Shown here: piece after piece, positions 1 to 9,445 of the stretch
Layout of the letters: each line of letters begins with the position of its first letter
How positions within the stretch are numbered: the stretch's first letter is position 1
Source: Candidatus Omnitrophota bacterium
GTDB taxonomy: Bacteria; Omnitrophota; Gorgyraeia; Zapsychrales; JANLHA01
Direction of reading: 5' to 3'
Assembly: GCA_963662715.1 (NCBI GenBank)
Contig: OY759724.1
Span: 2,880,001 to 2,912,000, forward strand
Length of the DNA stretch: 32,000 nucleotides
Program-made: the position numbers and the translations under genes
The notes under the pieces: generated by a model
The model's input: the letters and a program-made list of their open reading frames with translations, nothing else
Database searches by the model: none
What the model was told of the DNA's origin: nothing

Positions 1-487
1 AGGGTTTCGGTGACCACCGCATCCTGCAAAAAATACCGGCCTTTGTACAAAAATAAAATATTCATAACTGGTAGCTGTTGCCCCCCCTGTGCGGCTTTCT
101 GGAAATTTAAAGGCTCCGTTAACGTTAACAATAAACGGGCTGTTTTTCAGTGAATTCGCGGTGCCCTTGAACGGGAACTGTAAAGTGCGGGCATTAACTT
201 AAAGTTGATTTTATGATACTAAAAACAAAGACATTAAACTAGAACAAAATTTGCAATTTCAGCTCTTGCCCCTCCGCCGTGTTTCGCCTGGAAGAGTTTT
301 CCGTTATCACAACATAGTCGAGAAAAGCCTGGAAATAAAAAACAGAATCGCTTTTGCTATTAATATTTAGTATAATATTATGACAAATAAAAATTTTAAA
401 TATGATTCATCTAAAGAAATTATTTTCAAAGACATGAAGGATAGCGGCGATCCTAATAGCCAATGAGAGAGGAGAAATAAAGGTCAT

Positions 488-1660
488 ATGAAAATCACGG
501 GGCTAACTGTTTTAAAGCTGTTGTTATGGCTGTTTGTGTGTGTTTTGATTATATCTGCCAACGAATTCCTGACCCTGAATGATACAGACGAAGTCACTCC
601 GCAGGACCAGGCTGTTTTTAAATACCGCGAGGATTTTAAACAAAAGAAAATCCATGACCCGAAGAAGCTCCGGGAAATCCTGTACCAGCAGCTCAACCAT
701 AAAAATATTCGGGTGAGAATGAATGCTGCTGAAGTTCTGGGTGAACTCGGGGGGGCGGGTATCCTTGAGGACCTCTGGAACATCTATCTCAGTGACGGCG
801 GGCCTTCGATTAGAATCTCCGCTATTGCGGGTATTCTTAATCATGATACTCCGGACGGCTTGCCGTATTTGCTGCAATCTTTGTCCGATGAACACAAAGA
901 TGCCAGGAGGAAATCCTTGTACGGGGTCTCTATCTGGGGGGATGCTTCTCACCTGGACATCCTTGAAAAAATGTTCAACGAAGAGTCTGAGTATTTGAAC
1001 CGGATCGCCGTGGCTGCGGTCATGTACAACTTCGGGGACACGGAGAAAGCGGAATATATTAAAAATGTGCTGCTCAATGAACCCGGCATCGATGTGCGCA
1101 GATATACAGCCCATCTTCTGCAGGATTACCATATCGAGATAGACAGTCAGATCGTTGTAGAAGCCCTGCAAACGGAACAGGACCCTTATGTCAGAATATG
1201 GTTGTCGGCTCTCTTGGTCGAGCGGGGTGATCAAAACGCGCTGTCCTATATAAAGAATGTTTTATCCAGCAGTGATGTCCCGGCTTTAAAATCCTGCGCG
1301 GCCCAGGCCCTGAACGCTTTATGTGAGAGAGAGTTCGCCTATCCCTACTTGCTCGATCTTCTAAAAGCGGAAGATGCCGATGTCCGGGAAAGAGCGGTTG
1401 AAGACCTGGTGGATTTCATGGAATTTCCTCTGCTCCCGGTGCTGGGCCGGGTGCTGAAGGAAGATTCGAGTATTATTGTCCGAGAGGTCGCGGCCTGGGC
1501 CATGGGGGAAAGAAAAGAGGCCGCTGCTTTGCCGTACCTGGAACCGGGACTTTATGATGAAAGCGCTTTTGTCCGGACCGGTGTTGTTGCCGCCATTTAT
1601 AAAATTCTTACCAGCGAAGGCAAGAAGCCCCGTAACGACAGGATGTGCCATTCAAAATAA
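488..1660 (+). CDS. HEAT-repeat (PBS-lyase-like) protein with N-terminal signal/anchor helix
   Basis: Repeated HEAT signature (..VR..A...LG): NIRVRMNAAEVLGELGG, PSIRISAIAGIL, DVRRYTAHLL, DPYVRIWLSALL, DADVRERAVEDL, SIIVREVAAWAMGE, SAFVRTGVVAAI. N-terminal hydrophobic helix LLLWLFVCVLIISA. Purine-rich gagaggag upstream of the ATG. Confidence 0.75.
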   Translation: MKITGLTVLKLLLWLFVCVLIISANEFLTLNDTDEVTPQDQAVFKYREDFKQKKIHDPKKLREILYQQLNHKNIRVRMNAAEVLGELGGAGILEDLWNIYLSDGGPSIRISAIAGILNHDTPDGLPYLLQSLSDEHKDARRKSLYGVSIWGDASHLDILEKMFNEESEYLNRIAVAAVMYNFGDTEKAEYIKNVLLNEPGIDVRRYTAHLLQDYHIEIDSQIVVEALQTEQDPYVRIWLSALLVERGDQNALSYIKNVLSSSDVPALKSCAAQALNALCEREFAYPYLLDLLKAEDADVRERAVEDLVDFMEFPLLPVLGRVLKEDSSIIVREVAAWAMGERKEAAALPYLEPGLYDESAFVRTGVVAAIYKILTSEGKKPRNDRMCHSK

Positions 1661-1723
1661 ACATGGCGCATGAAGGAAAGAACGGCACGTGGAATTCTGT
1701 AACTTATGGAAATTTGAGGCCCC

Positions 1724-3232
1724 ATGAAACTCTCCTTAATTTTTAATCCGTTTTCCTATAAGGTTCATGAGGAAAATATAAGAGTCGTCCAGAAATATTT
1801 CGGACTGTTCCCGCCTTTGAGCCTCGCTTGGGTTGCTTCCATTGCCGAACAGGCGGGACACCAGGTTCAATTGGTTGATGCCCGCACTTTGAGACTTTCC
1901 ATGGAAGCCACGCTCGAAAAAGTCCGGGATTTTCAGCCGGACATCATGGGATTCATGATGACGACATATATGTTCCAGGACACGTTGCTTTGGATCAAGT
2001 TCCTTAAACAGCATCTAAATATCCCGGTTCTTATCGGCGGATACAATCTGAGAGTTTATCCCCGGGAGTCTCTTTCTCATCCGGAAATCGATTTTGGTGT
2101 TGTTGAACATGCGTATTACACCGTTCCCCGGCTTTTGGAAGAGCTTGAAAGCGGCCGGCGTGATTTCGATAAAGTGCCCGGCCTGGTTTATAAACGCAAC
2201 GGCCAGATCGTGGTCACGCCGCATCCGCAAAAAATAGAATTTGATAAGTTCCCCAACCCGGCCCGGCATCTTTTACCCAATGAGCTTTATGCGGAATTCC
2301 CTACGGAGCGGAGGAACTTTACCGTCATGGTGACATCTCTCGGCTGTCCGTATGGTTGTACATTTTGTGAGGCAGGCCAGACGCCGTACAATCCCCGTTC
2401 TCCGGAGACAGTGGTCGCTGAGATGGAAGAATGCTACCGGAACTACGGGATAAGGGAAATTGATATCTTTGATTATGAGTTTACGGGTATCCGCAACCGT
2501 GTCATGCGGATTTGTCAATTGATAAAAAAGAAAGAGCTGGATATTATCTGGGCCTGCCGTTCCCGGATTGATACCGTTGACCGGGAGCTTCTGAAAGAAA
2601 TGAAAGAAGCGGGATGCCGGCGAATATATTTTGGGGTGGAATCAGGCCGGCAGGAGCTCCTGGATAGAGTTCATAAAGGATATTCCATTGCCCAGATCAG
2701 GGACATTATCGCGGTGTGCTCTGATTTGGGTATCCGCACTCTGGGCTTCTTTCTTATAGGAGCTCCGGGGGATACCCGGGAAACCGTGAAGGACACGGTG
2801 GCCTTTGCAAAAACACTTGATTTGGACTATGTCCAGTTTTCCAAATGTCTGGCCAAACCGTTAACGCCTTTGTGGAAGGAGATGGTCGCCCAGGAAAAGA
2901 AGGATTATTGGCGGGACTGGATTCTGGGCCGGGAGGTGGATCGGGAGTTGCCCCGTCCGTGGACAGAATTAACAAATCAGGAAATAGACCGGTTGGCCCG
3001 CTGGGCGTACGTTTCATACTATGCCAGACCCTTTTTCCTCTGGAAGCATTTATGCAAAATAGCTTCGTTTTCTGAATTGAAAAGAAAAGTTTTTGCCTTG
3101 TTCGATATGGTTTTTAAACAGGAATCCTATTCTCGTCCGGATGCCCATTTCGTGGCTTTTAACGAGAATCCCGGAATGAAACTGACGAAATATCAGACGT
3201 CAAAGGGCTGCCCTGACGACGGGGGCTTATGA
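1724..3232 (+). CDS. B12-binding-domain radical SAM enzyme (class B-like)
   Basis: N-terminal Rossmann-like B12-binding-type segment FPPLSLAWVASIAEQAGHQVQLVDA ... VLIGGYN. CxxxCxxC cluster SLGCPYGCTFC (Cys codons about 2345-2368). YFGVESG motif. gagg upstream of the ATG. Confidence 0.9.
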   Translation: MKLSLIFNPFSYKVHEENIRVVQKYFGLFPPLSLAWVASIAEQAGHQVQLVDARTLRLSMEATLEKVRDFQPDIMGFMMTTYMFQDTLLWIKFLKQHLNIPVLIGGYNLRVYPRESLSHPEIDFGVVEHAYYTVPRLLEELESGRRDFDKVPGLVYKRNGQIVVTPHPQKIEFDKFPNPARHLLPNELYAEFPTERRNFTVMVTSLGCPYGCTFCEAGQTPYNPRSPETVVAEMEECYRNYGIREIDIFDYEFTGIRNRVMRICQLIKKKELDIIWACRSRIDTVDRELLKEMKEAGCRRIYFGVESGRQELLDRVHKGYSIAQIRDIIAVCSDLGIRTLGFFLIGAPGDTRETVKDTVAFAKTLDLDYVQFSKCLAKPLTPLWKEMVAQEKKDYWRDWILGREVDRELPRPWTELTNQEIDRLARWAYVSYYARPFFLWKHLCKIASFSELKRKVFALFDMVFKQESYSRPDAHFVAFNENPGMKLTKYQTSKGCPDDGGL

Positions 3233-4506
3233 TTTTTAGACCGATTCCAAGACAGAAATCTTCTAATTCCCTGAGCGACTTATGCCGTGTTTTTGAATTG
3301 ATGCGGGAGAAAGGTTTTTTTCAGGGCGAAGGCATCAGGGCGTTTGAAACAGAGTTCGCGCAGGCTTACGGCGTCAGACATGCCTTGGCGACGGGATCCT
3401 GCCGTTCGGCCTTCTCGCTGGCGCTTGATGCTTTAGGGATTCAAAGCGGGGACGAGGTGATACTGCCGGCCTTTAATATGCCGGCATTTCCAAAAATATT
3501 AAGATACAAGGGGATTAAACCGGTCTTTGTCGATATTCATGAAAGGACGCTTAATATTGACGAGACATTGATAGAGGAAAAGATTACCGCCCGGACCAGG
3601 GCCATTGTTGCGGTGCATTTGTTCGGCAACACGTGTCCCATGGACCGGATCATGACTTTGGCCCGAAAGCACCGGCTGGTTGTTATTGAGGACTGTGCCA
3701 ATGCTTTTAACACGCCGTATCAAGAACGTTTGGCCGGGACTTACGGTGACGTGGCGTGTTTTAGCCTGGGTTCGACAAAAGATATCCCCACATGGGGTGG
3801 CGGGGTCATTATTACGAATGATTCCGCCCTTTTCAGCAAATGCGTCGATCTGTATGAACGAAATTTTGTGTTCCCTTCTTGGACCGAAGTGACAAAAAAT
3901 CTTATTAAAGGAGCTTTGATGCAGTTGTTGTCATTGAAATTTTCTTATCTTCTGTTAATTTTTCCCATGAACCTTTTCTGTTCACTCGTTCATTTTGACC
4001 CTTTGGACTATGTGATTGAAGAGAAGGACCGGGAGATGAGTTGTCTTCCGCAAAAGAAATACACCAACTTTCAAGCGCTTATTGGAATAAACAAATTCCA
4101 AAAGAGCCGGTTTTTTCAGGAAAAGCGCGGCGCTAACGCCCGGATTTTAAACGACCGTTTGTCTGAATGCCCGGCCATTGTCACACCCGGGGTTCTTGAA
4201 GGCGGTAGCCACGCCTACTGGAATTATCCTCTGCTGGTCCCTTGCCGGAGGCCGTTTGTCCGGGCATTGTTACGGCACGGCATCGGGACAAAGACGATTG
4301 ACACTTATGACTGTAATGGATTGGATATCTTCCGGGAATACCGGCAGATGTGCCCCAAAACAGAAGAGGTGGCCCAAAAGATTTTGGTTCTTCCTGTTTA
4401 TCATCACTTGAATAAAAATGATGTGGAATTTATGGCCGCAATTCTTAAGAAGACATATTCTAAGCTGGCGCTCCAGGACCGGGGGGAGGGCTGCTCGGGG
4501 ACATGA
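3229..4506 (+). CDS. DegT/DnrJ/EryC1/StrS-family PLP-dependent aminotransferase
   Basis: FETEFAQAYGVRHALATGSCRSAFSLALDALGIQSGDEVILPAFN, VIEDCANAF and PLP-lysine context FSLGSTKDIPTWGGGVIITND. ATGA overlap with the upstream stop. Confidence 0.9.
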   Translation: MIFRPIPRQKSSNSLSDLCRVFELMREKGFFQGEGIRAFETEFAQAYGVRHALATGSCRSAFSLALDALGIQSGDEVILPAFNMPAFPKILRYKGIKPVFVDIHERTLNIDETLIEEKITARTRAIVAVHLFGNTCPMDRIMTLARKHRLVVIEDCANAFNTPYQERLAGTYGDVACFSLGSTKDIPTWGGGVIITNDSALFSKCVDLYERNFVFPSWTEVTKNLIKGALMQLLSLKFSYLLLIFPMNLFCSLVHFDPLDYVIEEKDREMSCLPQKKYTNFQALIGINKFQKSRFFQEKRGANARILNDRLSECPAIVTPGVLEGGSHAYWNYPLLVPCRRPFVRALLRHGIGTKTIDTYDCNGLDIFREYRQMCPKTEEVAQKILVLPVYHHLNKNDVEFMAAILKKTYSKLALQDRGEGCSGT

Positions 4507-6035
4507 ATGAAATGAATCTGAAAAACAGGCCTAAAATTCTGCTGCTGAGGTTATCGCCCGGTATTTATAAACATTCCCATCATCCCATCGGGCATCGGCC
4601 GCCCTATACGCTGAAATATATCGAAGCTTTGTTAAGGCAAGATCGGCACTGCGAGGTGAGGTTTATTGATCAGCGCGTTTCAAAGCTGTCGGTAACTGAT
4701 ATCGAAAAGGATATGAAACAATGGGGGCCGCAGTATGTTGTTTTTGATATTTCATCGTTAAACCTGGACATCAGTATAAAATTTTGTGAAAATATGACCC
4801 CTAAAAGCCCTTCCGCAAAGATCATAAGCCTTTGTGTCGGGCAATCGCCCAGCGCCGATATCCGCACTTTTAAAAGGCAGTACCGGCAGTTTGATTTTGC
4901 TTTGGCCGGCGAAGCTGAACTTGAAATCCATAAAATTCTTCAATGCCTTTATCAAGGCCGGTCCGTTGAAAATATTCAGCACATGTATCAACAGGAGGGG
5001 ACCGCCGATCGCCTCTGGACGGTGGAAGATCCTGATCAGATGCCTTTCCCGGAATATGACGGGGAATCGTTGAAAGGATATTCTTTTGTTTATCCCTTAA
5101 GAATGGCTCAGCGGATTATCTGGGGGCATATGCTGAGCAGCCGGGGCTGCCCTCATCAATGCGTTTTCTGTTCCCAGATCATGCGAGAAAGCTACGGGAG
5201 ACGCGTGCGCCTGCGGTCCGCATCTTCTGTCGTGGATGAGATGGAACACTTATTGGCCTCCGGGGCGAATGTCATCAGTTTTGATGACGATAATTTTACA
5301 AGTTCCCCTCAGCATGTGCAGTCTATCTGTGAGGAGATATTGCGCCGGAAATTAAAAATCCGCTGGATCGCCCATGCGCGCATTGATGAAATTAACGCCG
5401 ATCTCTTGAAACTTATGGGACACAGCGGTTGTGTTCTGTTAAGATACGGGATTGAAACAGCCAGTGAGAGAATCCTGCATGTGTTGCACAAGACCCGTGA
5501 GACATCTCTCTGGTTGAAAAAAGCCCGGGAAGCTGTCCTGCTCTCCCGACAGAACGGTATTTCTGTCGCATGTTTATTTATGATCGGATGCCCGAGTGAG
5601 ACACAGGAAGAGTTAAAGCAAACCATCCGGTTTGCTCAGGACATTAATCCGGACATTATCCAGGTGGCCTATTTTACGCCTTTTCCGGGTTCGCATTATT
5701 ATAAAATTTTCCGGGAAACGTTTTCCCGGTATAACGTGACACAGCTGTACCATTACAGTATCCCCAGTATCAATCTGAGTCACATGACGGAACGGGAATT
5801 CCGGTCGGCACAGAAATCGTTTTACAAAAGTTTTCTCCTGAGGCCGGCTTTTATCATAAATCATTTCCGGAAATACACTTTTTTTTACATGGCGAATCCC
5901 GATGTCTTTTTGAAATTGATTAAGGTTAAAAAACTGACTCAGCAGAGAGGCCCGTTATCTCCGGAGGCAGGATGCTTTGAAAAAACACCCGGAAGGTCCC
6001 CCGCGGTCTGTCAGGAGTTGAAAGAACAGCCCTGA
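4503..6035 (+). CDS. B12-binding-domain radical SAM enzyme
   Basis: N-terminal RPPYTLKYIEALLRQDRHCEVRFIDQ. CxxxCxxC SSRGCPHQCVFC (about 5148-5171). YGIETAS motif. ATGA overlap with the upstream gene. Confidence 0.9.
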   Translation: MNEMNLKNRPKILLLRLSPGIYKHSHHPIGHRPPYTLKYIEALLRQDRHCEVRFIDQRVSKLSVTDIEKDMKQWGPQYVVFDISSLNLDISIKFCENMTPKSPSAKIISLCVGQSPSADIRTFKRQYRQFDFALAGEAELEIHKILQCLYQGRSVENIQHMYQQEGTADRLWTVEDPDQMPFPEYDGESLKGYSFVYPLRMAQRIIWGHMLSSRGCPHQCVFCSQIMRESYGRRVRLRSASSVVDEMEHLLASGANVISFDDDNFTSSPQHVQSICEEILRRKLKIRWIAHARIDEINADLLKLMGHSGCVLLRYGIETASERILHVLHKTRETSLWLKKAREAVLLSRQNGISVACLFMIGCPSETQEELKQTIRFAQDINPDIIQVAYFTPFPGSHYYKIFRETFSRYNVTQLYHYSIPSINLSHMTEREFRSAQKSFYKSFLLRPAFIINHFRKYTFFYMANPDVFLKLIKVKKLTQQRGPLSPEAGCFEKTPGRSPAVCQELKEQP

Positions 6036-6082
6036 TAGCCGGGTGTTTTCATCCATCTGCCCATAAGACAAGCGAGTCCAGG

Positions 6083-7489
6083 ATGAAACAGATATATCTA
6101 TTGTATATTAATGCCGCCAGCGAAAGTTCCCTGGATTACTCGGGATTGCTGCAGACGAATTTATTAAAGGTTGTCCCGAAACTGGGGCTGCAGTATTTAC
6201 ACGCGGTATTGCATCAGCATGATTTTCCGGCTGTATTATTGGACCAGGAGATAGAACCTTTAACCCTTAAAATATTGTCTGATAAATTTCATGAACAGCC
6301 GCCTCTTTTCGTCGGGATTTATTCGTCGGAAAGGATCCGAAGCACGACGATCCGTTTTATTCAACAACTCCTGGCCGCCTGGCCGAGACTGATGATTATT
6401 GTCGGCGGGCCGGATTATTTCAGCTATGAAAGCTATCTTAAAGCCGGGTGCACCTTTGTCTGCCACGGGGAAGGGGAAAAAACAATTGTCGAAATAGCGA
6501 AATATGCCCGGGGCGAATTGGCCCTGGATGCCTTAAAAGGGGTTTATTACAGGAAAGGGACGGAGGTTGTCCGGACAGAACCGCAGGAGCTGATCGATGA
6601 CTTGGACCGGCTTCCGTTTCCCCGAAGAGAGCATCTTCACGCATACGCGGATTTTCATTATCTCGGCATGGTTAAGCCTTATGTGCACATGATAACATCC
6701 CGCGGCTGCGGCTGTTCCTGCAGTTATTGTTCGTCCCCTTATATCTGGGGCAGGCGGGTGCGGAGGAGAAGCATCGAGAATATCCTGGCTGAGATTGATG
6801 ATCTTGTCGGCCGATGCCAGATCCGCTATATCAGTTTTAAAGATGACCGGTTCTTTTCGAATTTGGCTTGGCTGAGGACATTTTGTCATGCTTTGATTGA
6901 AAGAAAATATTCGTTGCGTTTTAACTGCAGCGCCTGCCCGTCAGATTTTAAAAATGACTGGGAAGAGAAGATTGACCTGCTGAAGGCGGCCGGCTGTGAT
7001 GCCCTTATTTTGGGCCTGCAGTCAACAGACAAATCCATACTGCAGAAGATTCACCGTAATCCCGATGAAGTGGACTTTTTGAAGCCAGTTATCGCTTATG
7101 CGAATAAAGTCCGCCTTTTTACGATTGTGGAATTCATATTCGGGCTGCCGGGGGATACGGAACAATCGCTTCAGCAGACGATTTCGTACGTGATGAAGAT
7201 AAAGCCCTATTTTATCCAGTTCAACAGGCTGATGCTTTTTAAGGGGTCGGAGTTGAACGCTTTGAGGGAAGAGCCGGCGCCCTTTTGCGCCCTGACAACC
7301 CGGCAAATTAAAAGAATCATTTTAAAGGGATATCTGCGTTTCTATCTGCACCCGCAGGTTTTTTATAAAAATATCCGATATGTTTTGCGGCATAACCCCC
7401 GCTGGTTCGTGAACGCCCGGCGCGTGTGGTTATATCCCTTACTGCTCGGTTATAACTATTTTCACAGCATGAAAACTTTACATCGGTAA
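6083..7489 (+). CDS. B12-binding-domain radical SAM enzyme
   Basis: N-terminal VPKLGLQYLHAVLHQHDFPAVLLDQ and IIVGGPD. Cluster motif TSRGCGCSCSYC. LGLQSTD motif. Confidence 0.87.
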   Translation: MKQIYLLYINAASESSLDYSGLLQTNLLKVVPKLGLQYLHAVLHQHDFPAVLLDQEIEPLTLKILSDKFHEQPPLFVGIYSSERIRSTTIRFIQQLLAAWPRLMIIVGGPDYFSYESYLKAGCTFVCHGEGEKTIVEIAKYARGELALDALKGVYYRKGTEVVRTEPQELIDDLDRLPFPRREHLHAYADFHYLGMVKPYVHMITSRGCGCSCSYCSSPYIWGRRVRRRSIENILAEIDDLVGRCQIRYISFKDDRFFSNLAWLRTFCHALIERKYSLRFNCSACPSDFKNDWEEKIDLLKAAGCDALILGLQSTDKSILQKIHRNPDEVDFLKPVIAYANKVRLFTIVEFIFGLPGDTEQSLQQTISYVMKIKPYFIQFNRLMLFKGSELNALREEPAPFCALTTRQIKRIILKGYLRFYLHPQVFYKNIRYVLRHNPRWFVNARRVWLYPLLLGYNYFHSMKTLHR

Positions 7490-7494
7490 AATTC

Positions 7495-8415
7495 ATGAAC
7501 ATCGCTTTTATGAAAAAAACACAAATCCTCCTGGCCCCGGCTCTGACCGCGGTTATTTTCGTGATCCTGTTCCGCTATATTTCTCTGACGGAGGTCGTCC
7601 GGATAACGAAAAATTGCCATATCAATATCCTTTTGTGGACTTTAGTGGTCTCGGCAGGGTCAAATATTTATATCAATGCCTTAAGATTTCAGAATATTTT
7701 AAGGCAGCTGGGAATCCCTCTTTCGCTTTTCGAAACAATACTGATCAAAGGGGGCGGTTCGCTGTTTAAAGTTTTTATGCCGGCCCGCAGCGGTGAATTC
7801 GTCATGATGGCTTACCTGAAACGGGTGAAAGACCTGTCTTATATCCAGTCCTTTTTTCTGATCATATCCGAATACATTCTCAACCTTTCGGCGCTGATCC
7901 TTTTTTTTCTTACAGGCTTCTTGTGGTCAATCAACCAGCCTGCTGTGAACCGGCATACCCTGGCCATGATTATTATGTTCCCCACGGAAGAAAATCCTTC
8001 TTCCCGGGGATTCCGGGCCGTTTTTCATAAATGGCTTCCGGATATTAAAGACAACGTCAGCCTTTTCCGCCGATTATGTTTCCGGAAAACCATTATTTTT
8101 TATACGCTGCTGTATATGGGAGCTGAAGTGCTGACATTTTATCTGTTGGCACACGCCCTGAACATTTTTATTCCTTTCGGTATTGTTCTCATGCTGATTC
8201 CGGCAGCCTTTTTGCTGAGCAGCCTTCCGCTCACTTTGGGAGGGCTGGGCCTGAGAGAGTGCGCCGTATTGTTTTTATTTTCATCCTATGCCCCGGCAGA
8301 AGAGCTGTTGTCTTTGGGCGTTCTTTATTCTTTTGTTGAAAACCTTTTCCCTTTGCTGATTAACGGATCTCTGTCCGGTCTTTTTCTTTCCAGGTTATTG
8401 AAAGGGGAGCAATGA
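7495..8415 (+). CDS. Flippase-like polytopic membrane protein (lysyl-PG synthase TM-region / UPF0104-like)
   Basis: Multiple hydrophobic helices. C-terminal signature SLPLTLGGLGLRECAVLFLF, typical of the LPG_synthase_TM family as I recall it. Confidence 0.65.
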   Translation: MNIAFMKKTQILLAPALTAVIFVILFRYISLTEVVRITKNCHINILLWTLVVSAGSNIYINALRFQNILRQLGIPLSLFETILIKGGGSLFKVFMPARSGEFVMMAYLKRVKDLSYIQSFFLIISEYILNLSALILFFLTGFLWSINQPAVNRHTLAMIIMFPTEENPSSRGFRAVFHKWLPDIKDNVSLFRRLCFRKTIIFYTLLYMGAEVLTFYLLAHALNIFIPFGIVLMLIPAAFLLSSLPLTLGGLGLRECAVLFLFSSYAPAEELLSLGVLYSFVENLFPLLINGSLSGLFLSRLLKGEQ

Positions 8416-9404
8416 TAAGTTATAAAAAAATTTTTCCAATTGTCGGACATATTTTGGCCGCTAAGATGTGTCATATCCCGTGCCCCCTGGCGGTCCGCTG
8501 GGCGTTAACTTATCGGTGCAATCAGCAGTGTTTGTATTGCGGTATCCCGCACCGGAAGGATTACTATGAATTGGATGCGGCCGGTATTTGCCGTATGCTG
8601 GATGATTTTGTGCGCCTGGGCACACAATGGATTTCTTTCTCCGGAGGGGAGCCTTTGCTCCGGGACGACCTTCCTGCGATTGTGAAGCATGCGAAAAAGC
8701 GGGGTTTTTTTGTGACACTCAGTACGAACGGAAGACTGCTGCCGGAAAAAATCCGGGATTTGCGATGTGTCGACCGCATCAAAATAAGCCTGGACGGCCC
8801 TCAAGATGTCCATGACCGCATCAAAGGCCAAGGGTCTTTTCAAAAGGTCATGGAGGCTTTGGCCTTATGTCAGGAACAGGCTATCCCGGTTGCTGTGGAT
8901 TGTGTCATTTCGAAATTCAACGCCGATGTCATTGAGGAATGTCTTGGGATCGCTGAGGCCCGTCATATCCCGATATCCTTTCAGCCGGCGACGATAAGGC
9001 GGTTGCCCCGGGATGAGGAGGAGGATTATCTGGTGCCGGCGGATAAATACAGAACGATTATAGAGCTTTTAATTGCCTTGAAAAAGAAGGGAGCCCGCAT
9101 AGAAAACTCCGTGGCCGGGTTGCGCCATCTTGGGCATTGGCCTGTTCCTCGGTCTATCCCGTGTTCCATGGGATTATTAAGTTATAATGTGGAACCCAAC
9201 GGGATCATCGGGGCTTGCATCGATAAATCCTATATTTATGTGGGGCGGGATGAATCGCAAGGGCAGGAGTCCCTTCGGACAATCTTAAAAAACGCGAAGC
9301 CGCCGTCTTCTTGCCGGGAATGCTGGTGCGGAGCTATGGTGGAATTTAACCTGATAAATTCTTTCAACCTGGATGCTATTTTTAATCGCATGAAATATTC
9401 ATGA
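8412..9404 (+). CDS. Radical SAM enzyme with C-terminal SPASM/twitch-like Cys cluster
   Basis: ALTYRCNQQCLYCG (CxxxCxxC) and FSGGEPLL. C-terminal Cys pattern PCSMG...GIIGAC...SSCRECWCG. ATGA overlap with the upstream gene. Confidence 0.85.
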   Translation: MISYKKIFPIVGHILAAKMCHIPCPLAVRWALTYRCNQQCLYCGIPHRKDYYELDAAGICRMLDDFVRLGTQWISFSGGEPLLRDDLPAIVKHAKKRGFFVTLSTNGRLLPEKIRDLRCVDRIKISLDGPQDVHDRIKGQGSFQKVMEALALCQEQAIPVAVDCVISKFNADVIEECLGIAEARHIPISFQPATIRRLPRDEEEDYLVPADKYRTIIELLIALKKKGARIENSVAGLRHLGHWPVPRSIPCSMGLLSYNVEPNGIIGACIDKSYIYVGRDESQGQESLRTILKNAKPPSSCRECWCGAMVEFNLINSFNLDAIFNRMKYS

Positions 9405-9445
9405 TCCGGATTTTTATCCATTAGCGGTCTATAGCCGATATTCTT

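Noticed and set aside
354-376. Sigma-70-like ttgcta (354-359) and tataat (371-376) upstream of the HEAT-repeat gene
   Set aside because: The spacer is only 11 nt, and TATAAT-like hexamers are expected by chance in DNA this AT-rich. A promoter probably exists in 200-480, but I cannot place it.
1-487. Cobalamin riboswitch upstream of the B12-enzyme-rich locus (also checked 22128-22582 and 27780-28073)
   Set aside because: I could not find a B12-box-like GCCACTG / AGGGAAGCCGGTG core or the surrounding conserved helices. A covariance-model scan would be needed to exclude it formally.
524-1234. 236-aa minus-strand ORF, plus other long antisense ORFs (10043-10537, 15321-15668, 17559-17918, 25563-26120, 14963-15331)
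   Set aside because: Each lies entirely inside a + strand gene with clear family motifs. Their translations are low-complexity, Arg/Pro/Ser-rich and motif-free, which is typical of shadow ORFs.
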